A DNA stretch of 8,682 nucleotides, from IMG/VR virus record IMGVR_UViG_2734482774_000009. The stretch is one strand, 5' to 3'. Below, piece by piece: positions 1 through 5,389 of this stretch. This DNA comes from a virus. Its lineage: Duplodnaviria > Heunggongvirae > Uroviricota > Caudoviricetes. Every line of letters starts with the position of its first letter. Within the stretch, counting starts at the first letter, position 1. The position numbers were made by a program, and so were the translations under genes. Below the pieces are notes generated by a model. That model was not told the origin of the DNA. It worked only from the letters and a program-made list of their open reading frames with translations, and made no database searches.

Positions 1-153
1 ATGGCAAAGCCGATCATCACGCTCAATGGCCTAAAAATCGTCATTATGTTGGGAATGCTGGTCATTATTCTCTGCGGTATCCGTTTTGCCGCCGAGATCA
101 TCGTGCCGTTTATTCTCGCATTATTTATTGCTGTTATATATAACTTATTTTGA
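1..153 (+). pseudogene. tqsA: 5' fragment (50 codons) of an inner-membrane transporter gene, TqsA (AI-2 exporter)-like N-terminus; frame diverges after about codon 46 and stops at 151-153
   Basis: Hand translation: [45 protein letters not shown] then IYNLF-stop. Strongly hydrophobic, TM-helix-like. Identity to TqsA/YdgG is recalled, not searched. Sequence becomes AT-rich and non-coding immediately after, consistent with an insertion junction near 138-150. Confidence 0.45.
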
Positions 154-635
154 ATAACATACTGATTTAATTATATTTTCAATTAAGCCCGAAGTGCAAA
201 AAAACTCAAAATAACTACACCAGTGACTACACCGTTCGGCGCACTGTATGAAACAACGTGGAACAAATAGGCACAAGAAATATAAAGGCGGGTAATTTTA
301 AGGGGGCGTTGCTGTCGATATGGGGATTCCCATATCGGGAACCCTACCGGAATTTTTTTCCGGTTAACAGTTAATCAGGCTGGTGGGCTTTACCTGTTCG
401 GTAGGTGTTATGATTATCGTAATACCTTTCCCTCAATGGGGTAAAAGCATCAACCGTAACGAAAGTCGTTATGGTTGCCGCCGATACCCCAAATTTGGGT
501 ATCACGAGTAAGCCCCAAAATCTGGGTGTTGCTCTTACTACCCAAACTACGGGTAGTTTCCGTAATTTCATGGTCGAGTTGCAGATCTGCAACTCCCCCA
601 TCAACCACAGGCGAATTTCCGCCTTCGGTCATTCC

Positions 636-718
636 TTAATCATCTGCGTAATCATAATGATTATTCAGCCAGCGCAATTTTGCGCTTTGCTTTAAGTTCA
701 ACCAGTTACCGCCAGCTT
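636..718. repeat. Direct repeat copy 1 (about 85 bp) containing palindrome AGCGCAA-TT-TTGCGCT
   Basis: ccttaatcatctgcgtaatcataatgattattcagccagcgcaattttgcgctttgcttta... recurs at 757-848 with about 85% identity and a 10-bp indel. Confidence 0.6.
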
Positions 719-756
719 CCCCCAATGGGGGATTGTGGAATAATCAACGGTTTAGG

Positions 757-848
757 CCTTAATCATCTGCGTAAACATAAGTAATCATAATGATCATTCA
801 GCCAGCGCAATTTTGAGCTTTGCTTTAATCTCAGTGAGTTACCGCCGC
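757..848. repeat. Direct repeat copy 2 (about 92 bp), abutting the 3' end of the 89-aa minus-strand gene
   Basis: ccttaatcatctgcgtaaacataagtaatcataatgatcattcagccagcgcaattttgagctttgctttaatc... aligns to 636-718. Confidence 0.6.
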
Positions 849-1108
849 AACCGTTCCGGCTTCTTCCAGTGGTACGTGATTTTCTCCTTCTCCCGATACA
901 TCTCCACGCGGCGACGGTATGCCAGCAACTCAAGGACTCTGGTTCGTATGTTGCGCTTAAGCTCAATACCATCACGGCGCATCACCTCAGCAACAACACG
1001 CGCATAATTTTCAGCGGTCACGCTGTCCGGTTGCGTGCCCTGTTCGTCATGCTGCTGGCTGATTCCGGTAACGCGGCGGATTAATCGCAGTAGTTCGGCT
1101 TCTGTCAT
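839..1108 (-). CDS. Hypothetical 89-aa protein with basic C-terminus, located just outside cos copy A
   Basis: ATG at 1108 preceded by GGGGG Shine-Dalgarno on the minus strand; TAA stop at 839-841. No family recognised from sequence. Confidence 0.5.
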   Translation of the reverse strand: MTEAELLRLIRRVTGISQQHDEQGTQPDSVTAENYARVVAEVMRRDGIELKRNIRTRVLELLAYRRRVEMYREKEKITYHWKKPERLRR

Positions 1109-1141
1109 TGTGCCCCCATCGTTCTGATAGCCTGGTGTCGT

Positions 1142-1345
1142 CGGGTCCTTCCTGGAATTATGGCCCGTTACGGGGCGGCGACCTCGCGGTTTTTATCTGT
1201 TTATGAAAATTTTCCGGCAAAAGTCAGATCCGTTCTTCTTCTCTGTAACAGACTGTTTAACAATGAAAATATTAAAAAAAGAAAGGATCTGACACGAGGC
1301 ATTTTAGCCAGAAAATGCCATTATCAGATCCTTTCTCATTTTTGT
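1142..1345 (+). other. cos site copy A: cosQ-like segment, cosN (GGGCGGCGACCT at about 1173-1184), then a lambda-like cosB running rightward
   Basis: ttacg-gggcggcgacct-cgcgg matches the lambda cohesive-end region as recalled. Downstream tatgaaaattttccgg (1202-1217) is identical to the lambda 16-mer; ccgttcttcttc (1230-1241), aaagaaagga (1278-1287) and cctttctcatttttg (1330-1344) resemble lambda R3/R2/R1 Nu1-binding elements. 1142-1188 is one arm of a perfect 47-bp inverted repeat with 2036-2082. Confidence 0.8.
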
Positions 1346-1363
1346 TCAATAATTGCGCTTCTG

Positions 1364-1906
1364 TTACTTGCCTTTCTTCTGTAGCAACTTTTCCGGTACG
1401 TTTCCGGTTGTTTCTTTCAAGTAATCAGCCAGTATCTGTGGGAGGTTGTCGGCAACTCTGGCACTGGCATTACAGGCTTTAACCACTTCCCTTTTAAGCC
1501 TGTCCAGCATGGCGGGGGTAATCTGTGGGAAGCTCCTTTGCATAGTAAGCGGGAGGCTGTCCATGATTGATGAAATCTGACTCGCCAGCTTTGAAAGCGC
1601 GTACAGGCAAAACTCAGTATCAATCACGTCACCGCGATCGCGCTCGTTTTTAAGTTCCTGCGCCTCCGCCTGTGCTGTCAGTAATCTGATCCTGACTCGT
1701 AAGAGTTCATCATCATCAATATCGCCTTTGTCGTTTGTAAGCTGGCTAATTGCATTGTTAACCCTATTGTCTATCACGCTGGCAACATCATAAAACGCCT
1801 CACGGCCTTTACGTTCAACGGGAGTCACTCCCCACTTGTCGAACGCTGTCGCACTTACACGGCAGCTTTTCGCCATGTTTTTTTTGTTCATCAGATGAGA
1901 TTTCAT
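1364..1906 (-). CDS. Terminase small subunit, lambda Nu1-like (180 aa)
   Basis: C-terminal two-thirds aligns closely by eye to lambda Nu1 (LTAQAEAQELKNERDRGDVIDTEFCLYALSKLASQISSIMDSLPLTMQRSFP versus lambda LTRAQADAQELKNARDSAEVVETAFCTFVLSRIAGEIASILDGLPLSVQRRFP); N-terminal HTH-like region is more diverged. Start ambiguous among ATGs at 1906, 1891 and 1876 (no strong Shine-Dalgarno for any); the MNKK start at 1891 aligns best with Nu1 MEVNKK. Confidence 0.85.
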   Translation of the reverse strand: MKSHLMNKKNMAKSCRVSATAFDKWGVTPVERKGREAFYDVASVIDNRVNNAISQLTNDKGDIDDDELLRVRIRLLTAQAEAQELKNERDRGDVIDTEFCLYALSKLASQISSIMDSLPLTMQRSFPQITPAMLDRLKREVVKACNASARVADNLPQILADYLKETTGNVPEKLLQKKGK

Positions 1907-2082
1907 TAATACACCAACTTAATTACTGCTTCAGGTTGGTGTATTGTTTGCATCTTTCCCTTTTCATTCATAAAGATAGAGCAAACAACAAAACCACCAC
2001 CACCCCCCTGAAAAGGCTCATAAATAGCGAAAACGCGCGAGGTCGCCGCCCCGTAACGGGCCATAATTCCAGGAAGGACCCG
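1907..2082 (-). other. cos site copy B (inverted): cosQ-like plus cosN (2040-2051 on plus = GGGCGGCGACCT on minus), with a divergent cosB between cosN and the terS start
   Basis: 2036-2082 is the exact reverse complement of 1142-1188. On the minus strand cosN is followed by cgcgcgttttcgctatttatga (lambda: cgcgggttttcgctatttatga), then diverges. An 11-bp inverted repeat AATACACCAAC / GTTGGTGTATT (1909-1919 / 1935-1945) sits immediately upstream of terS. Confidence 0.8.
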
Positions 2083-2083
2083 T

Positions 2084-2106
2084 AAAAAAGCCGGATTTCT
2101 CCGGCC
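2084..2106 (-). terminator. Rho-independent terminator closing the capsid operon
   Basis: Minus strand reads GCCGGAGAAATCCGGC followed by a T-run (plus-strand aaaaaagccggatttctccggcc). A near-identical hairpin recurs at 4355-4376. Confidence 0.65.
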
Positions 2107-2111
2107 TTGTC

Positions 2112-2525
2112 TCAGATGGTTTTCAGTATGCGATCGATGTCGCCGTCATCGCCCTGGTTTCTGCCATCGTATGCCATGCCAGCTGATACGGCTTGCGGGC
2201 TGTGCATGTCCATAAAGTTTTCAAAGGCTGCGGTAAGTTCCGGCGCAACCTTCGGACGTTCCTGCTCTATGGTCATGCTAAGGATGCTTTTAGCCGTACC
2301 AACATCGATACAAGGCACGTTTGCCATTGCACGCAACAGCGGCTGATAGTCTTTATGCTCATGAAGCGCCATAATCGCATCAGCGCGCGGCTTGTCCTGC
2401 TCTTCCAGTTTGTTTAGTTGATATACGGCCTCATAGGTTGATAAACCTCTGTCAGCCATTGCCCGCGCTTCGGCTTTAAATTTACTCGCCAGCGGTAGCG
2501 TCATGATGCTTTCATTCGTTGCCAT
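2112..2525 (-). CDS. Hypothetical 137-aa protein, last gene of the capsid operon
   Basis: ATG at 2525 with GGGGGA Shine-Dalgarno; 12 bp downstream of the gpD-like stop. Acidic C-terminus (DDGDIDRILKTI). No family recognised. Confidence 0.6.
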   Translation of the reverse strand: MATNESIMTLPLASKFKAEARAMADRGLSTYEAVYQLNKLEEQDKPRADAIMALHEHKDYQPLLRAMANVPCIDVGTAKSILSMTIEQERPKVAPELTAAFENFMDMHSPQAVSAGMAYDGRNQGDDGDIDRILKTI

Positions 2526-2537
2526 CGTTCCCCCTGC

Positions 2538-2873
2538 TTATCGGGCCAGCGGCTGAACGGATACGCCGGAACCCGCAAAGGCGGCGCATTTTTTCGCATC
2601 GGTGTCGACGCTCTCAGGCCAGTTAACGGCGGCAATATTGAATATCCCCGTCTTGTAACACTGTGCTGATTTCTGCTTTGACGTGTCCACAGGGTACGAG
2701 GTCAGATAAACAGCCTTGCCAGATTCCTTACCATCCCACGGCTTAAACTCGCCATTGTCCGCCAGCATCAGCGGGGTAAATTCCTGAATAACGCCAGCAT
2801 CAGCGGCAAAATGTACCAGCGTCGTGGCGACCTGCTGACTGCCTGCAAATAACTCAATGTATGGAGTGTCCAT
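2538..2873 (-). CDS. Head decoration protein, lambda gpD-like (111 aa)
   Basis: Motifs shared with lambda gpD as recalled: TPLML(A/D), WDG, YK(T/S)G(I/T)F, WPE, KK(C/R)(A/T)AFAG; same length class (lambda D is 110 aa). GGGGGGA Shine-Dalgarno before ATG 2873. Confidence 0.85.
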   Translation of the reverse strand: MDTPYIELFAGSQQVATTLVHFAADAGVIQEFTPLMLADNGEFKPWDGKESGKAVYLTSYPVDTSKQKSAQCYKTGIFNIAAVNWPESVDTDAKKCAAFAGSGVSVQPLAR

Positions 2874-2885
2874 AGAATCCCCCCG

Positions 2886-3941
2886 TTAACCAATTTTGAC
2901 GGTAACAAATTTGCGAATATCTGCCGGTACCGGCTGCGGTGCACTGTGTGTCTGCACGTACTCAATCGCCGGATCGCCGTCCTCAATCCAGTTTTTCGGG
3001 TAAAACATGTTTTGTGTTGCGCCCGTTCTTACCGCTTCCTGATCCATTATCGCACCATAGGCCACCAGCCCTTTATTGTTGGTGTTGCCCAGAACCAGCA
3101 AATCAGGCTCAAGGAAATATTTTTCTGTGCCGTCGCTGTCAGCGTATTTGCCGGAATAGACGATAAGGGCAATATCGCCCAGATAGCCTTTAAAGCTCAC
3201 CACTTCGCCCAGGTTTTTACAGGCCAGTTCTGCGGCGGATTCTGAACCACGGGAAAGATCGTACAGCTCACGGAATTTTTTAAAGCTGCGTAACGTGCGC
3301 CATACCTCAGCGCCCATAATCATGACGTTTGCGGGGCAACCAGCCTGATCAGCATAAAGCTCGATGTCATAGATTGGGTCGTGCATCTCTTTATCCTGCT
3401 CGGACCATTTTTTACCCTTGCCCTGCTCTATGATGCAGTTTTCCGGTATTTTCCAGTCTATTTCATAGCGTTCTATGCCTTCGCCCTCAATAATGTTTTT
3501 TCCGGTCGTTATCGCATTCACCGCCAGCCATTCCACGCGCGCTTTAATGGCGTTTACCTGGCGGCGCATGTTGCCAGTAATCAGGCGCATACGTCGGTAG
3601 GTAGGGTCGTTAAGCTGTGCCGGATCTTCTCCAGCCATGCGCATGATGGTTTTTGTTGGATCGATTTCGTGCTTTGGCTTCATGTAGCCAGGTTTAATCG
3701 TGCTGGTTTCGTATCCTTTATCGCGCTGTACCTGGCTGCCAACCATAGGCGAACAAAACGCCGACATGGTGACTTCTTCAATGTCCAGGGTATCCAGCAT
3801 GATGTTTTGGGTGCTGAATGTCGCCACGTTCGGGAAAAACAGCGTGGTAAACAGCGGACTGAATTTAAATTCCGCAATATCCCCGCGATTCAGGTACGCA
3901 AAAAGCTGGTTAGTGTTAAGTGCCGTTGCTTTGCCTGCCAT
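2886..3941 (-). CDS. Major capsid protein, lambda gpE family (351 aa)
   Basis: Blocks matching lambda gpE as recalled: FKF(S/D)PLF, PGY(M/V)KPKHE(I/V), DP(T/A)YRR(M/R)R(L/I)I, VLGNT, YPKNW; similar length (lambda E is 341 aa). TAATG overlap with the upstream 68-aa gene; GGGGGTGA Shine-Dalgarno. Confidence 0.9.
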   Translation of the reverse strand: MAGKATALNTNQLFAYLNRGDIAEFKFSPLFTTLFFPNVATFSTQNIMLDTLDIEEVTMSAFCSPMVGSQVQRDKGYETSTIKPGYMKPKHEIDPTKTIMRMAGEDPAQLNDPTYRRMRLITGNMRRQVNAIKARVEWLAVNAITTGKNIIEGEGIERYEIDWKIPENCIIEQGKGKKWSEQDKEMHDPIYDIELYADQAGCPANVMIMGAEVWRTLRSFKKFRELYDLSRGSESAAELACKNLGEVVSFKGYLGDIALIVYSGKYADSDGTEKYFLEPDLLVLGNTNNKGLVAYGAIMDQEAVRTGATQNMFYPKNWIEDGDPAIEYVQTHSAPQPVPADIRKFVTVKIG

Positions 3942-4147
3942 TATTCACCCCCATAATTTTTATGCATCCCAAGCGCCGCAAGTAAATAAGAGCGCACAAG
4001 TGAACCTATCGACGGCTCCGGCGTCATCAGCGGATCCAGTCCAGCCGCTACGCCAGCCTCATAGTTTTTTTTGTGGCGCTGCTTGAGCACCTCCACGATT
4101 TCGGGGCTTATGTACACCGAAACACCGCCTTTTTTCTCTTCTGCCAT
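3941..4147 (-). CDS. Hypothetical 68-aa protein, first gene of the capsid operon
   Basis: ATG at 4147 with AGAGGAA Shine-Dalgarno; stop overlaps the capsid gene start (translational coupling). No family recognised. Confidence 0.55.
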   Translation of the reverse strand: MAEEKKGGVSVYISPEIVEVLKQRHKKNYEAGVAAGLDPLMTPEPSIGSLVRSYLLAALGMHKNYGGE

Positions 4148-4180
4148 AGTCAGAAATTCCTCTTTGACTTAAAAAATCAC

Positions 4181-4231
4181 AACTGGATGTTCATCCAGTT
4201 ATGATTATAATCATGATTGCATTTTGCGCAA
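4181..4231 (-). promoter_or_regulatory. Putative capsid-operon promoter with operator palindromes
   Basis: Perfect 20-bp palindrome AACTGGATG-TT-CATCCAGTT (4181-4200; CTG-N10-CAG spacing). Adjacent palindrome ATGATT-AT-AATCAT (4201-4214) contains TATAAT; candidate -35 TTGCGC on the minus strand at 4231-4226 with 16-bp spacer. Confidence 0.4.
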
Positions 4232-4305
4232 TAAAATTGAGTTGTGTTGCAAATTATGAAATGATTTACAGCAACAGTAGTCACCATGCTGTTAACCTCG
4301 TAAGC

Positions 4306-4348
4306 AAAAGCCCGATAAGCTTCCTCCTGTACTTATCGGGCTTTTTTT
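4306..4348. terminator. Hairpin terminator, likely bidirectional
   Basis: Stem GCCCGATAAG / CTTATCGGGC (4310-4319 / 4332-4341), T7 run after it on the plus strand and an A-run before it (a T-run on the minus strand). Confidence 0.6.
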
Positions 4349-4354
4349 GGGTAC

Positions 4355-4376
4355 AAAAAGCCGGATTTTCTCCGGC
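4355..4376 (-). terminator. Rho-independent terminator after the SSB gene
   Basis: Minus strand reads GCCGGAGAAAATCCGGC then TTTTT; 9 bp downstream of the SSB stop. Near copy of the 2084-2106 hairpin. Confidence 0.65.
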
Positions 4377-4384
4377 CTGTGCGT

Positions 4385-4795
4385 TCAGAACGGAATATCA
4401 TCACCGTAGGGGTCATCGTCTCCCGCTGGTGGCTGATTACCCTGTGCGCCTGTGGTTTTGCGTCTGTTCCCGCCAGGACGTGCCGCACGGGCACTGATTA
4501 CGCTGTCTGCAATAACCTGATAACCCTGCCGCGTTTCCCCGTTCTGTCCGGTCCACTGGCTTATCTGCATCACGCCAGATATGCTGGCAACGTCGCCTTT
4601 TTGATGTTTAGCCAGGAAGTCGGCCTGCTTACCAAATGCCATCACCGATAGCCATAACGTAGCCGTTCCGTCATCTGCCTGGCTGCACGGAAGGGGGACC
4701 GCCATACGCGCCAGCGTCATCGGTGTGCCCTTGCTGGTCTGTTTTACCTGCGGGTCGTCCACCAGCCGCCCGTAAGCGGCTATCTGTGCTGTCAT
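4385..4795 (-). CDS. ssb: Single-stranded DNA-binding protein (short SSB, 136 aa)
   Basis: C-terminal acidic tail DDDPYGDDIPF (E. coli SSB ends DDDIPF); OB-fold-like N-terminal region; Gly/Pro-rich linker. GGAGAGGTGG Shine-Dalgarno; ATGA overlap with the upstream gene. Confidence 0.85.
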   Translation of the reverse strand: MTAQIAAYGRLVDDPQVKQTSKGTPMTLARMAVPLPCSQADDGTATLWLSVMAFGKQADFLAKHQKGDVASISGVMQISQWTGQNGETRQGYQVIADSVISARAARPGGNRRKTTGAQGNQPPAGDDDPYGDDIPF

Positions 4796-5106
4796 GATTC
4801 CACCTCTCCGGTTTTAACGTTGATGGTTGTTACCTGTTCCGCTTCGGCAATCTCCCGTTCTGTCAGCGTGGCAAAGTTTGCCGCCGCTGTGGTCATGAAT
4901 GCGCTTATCAGTTCGGGATGTTCCTTCGCGTATCCTTCCCGCGTGTGGCGGTCTATCGTTCTGATTGCCACCTTTAAGGTGTGCTCAGTCATGTCTAACG
5001 CTTTATATTTTGGCTCTGTTCTGTCTCTGCGAATTTTGGTCATTTGTCGCCCCTGATTCATGTTTTCGGCTGGCATGTTTGTTAAGTGATTTTGATGTAT
5101 GCGCAT
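4792..5106 (-). CDS. Hypothetical 104-aa protein co-transcribed with ssb
   Basis: ATG at 5106 with strong GAGGGGGTGA Shine-Dalgarno; an alternative internal start at 5043 also has AGGGG. Stop overlaps the ssb start. No family recognised. Confidence 0.55.
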   Translation of the reverse strand: MRIHQNHLTNMPAENMNQGRQMTKIRRDRTEPKYKALDMTEHTLKVAIRTIDRHTREGYAKEHPELISAFMTTAAANFATLTEREIAEAEQVTTINVKTGEVES

Positions 5107-5153
5107 TTATTTTCACCCCCTCGTTTAAAAAGTTTTTAGTTGTGCCTCCCCCC

Positions 5154-5382
5154 CTCTACCCATCTACCCGAATGCTCATCATGTCAGTAATGGCGCGGCT
5201 TTCAGCGGGTAGATAGCTTTTTGAGCTCCTCTACCTGCCGTCTACCCTGCTACCTGAAACTGATAAAATCAGGTAGAAGAGGTAGAGAGCTTTTATTAGC
5301 CTTCTACCTGGCCCTCTACCCACTTATCATGTTGAATAATATGTATTTATTTCATTCAGGTAGATGGGGTAGAGGGCTTTTA
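5154..5382. repeat. Putative replication origin: iteron array plus AT-rich segment
   Basis: At least 11 copies of the hexamer core TCTACC / GGTAGA in both orientations within about 225 bp, where about 4 would be expected by chance in the whole window. Three extended copies GGTAGA-nnGCTTTT at about 5208, 5281 and 5368. AT-rich stretch at 5326-5357. Lies immediately downstream of the primase stop (5390). Confidence 0.65.
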
Positions 5383-5389
5383 CAAAAAA

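Noticed and set aside
340-560. Scattered CTACC/GGTAG motifs as a second iteron cluster (P4 crr-like) about 4.8 kb from the origin
   Set aside because: Only pentamer-level matches (for example CTACCC...GGGTAG at 538-557), not the TCTACC/GGTAGA hexamer of the origin; at that length the density is near chance. Kept only as part of the left-end observation.
371-695. ORFs 371..604 (-), 450..632 (-), 471..695 (+) in the left junction region
   Set aside because: Mutually overlapping, no convincing Shine-Dalgarno sites, translations without recognisable domains; the region is dominated by hairpins and repeats. A small real gene cannot be fully excluded.
1160-1384. 74-aa plus-strand ORF starting at 1160
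   Set aside because: Its ATG sits inside cosQ/cosN and the ORF runs through the lambda-like cosB repeats; the region is better explained as a cos site than as coding.
1189-2035. Invertible DNA switch (Hin/Gin-like) as the explanation for the 47-bp inverted repeats
   Set aside because: No site-specific recombinase gene is present in the window and the repeats are cos sequences; inversion by homologous recombination remains possible, so it is kept only as an alternative hypothesis under the dual-cos finding.
2939-4086. Plus-strand ORFs 2939..3166, 2946..3245, 3381..3956, 3700..4086 and minus 3680..3877
   Set aside because: Antisense to or out of frame within the gpE-like capsid gene, whose homology is strong; typical shadow ORFs.
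4201-4651. Plus-strand ORFs 4201..4497 and 4379..4651
   Set aside because: The first begins inside the promoter palindrome and crosses two terminators; the second is antisense to ssb. Both judged spurious.
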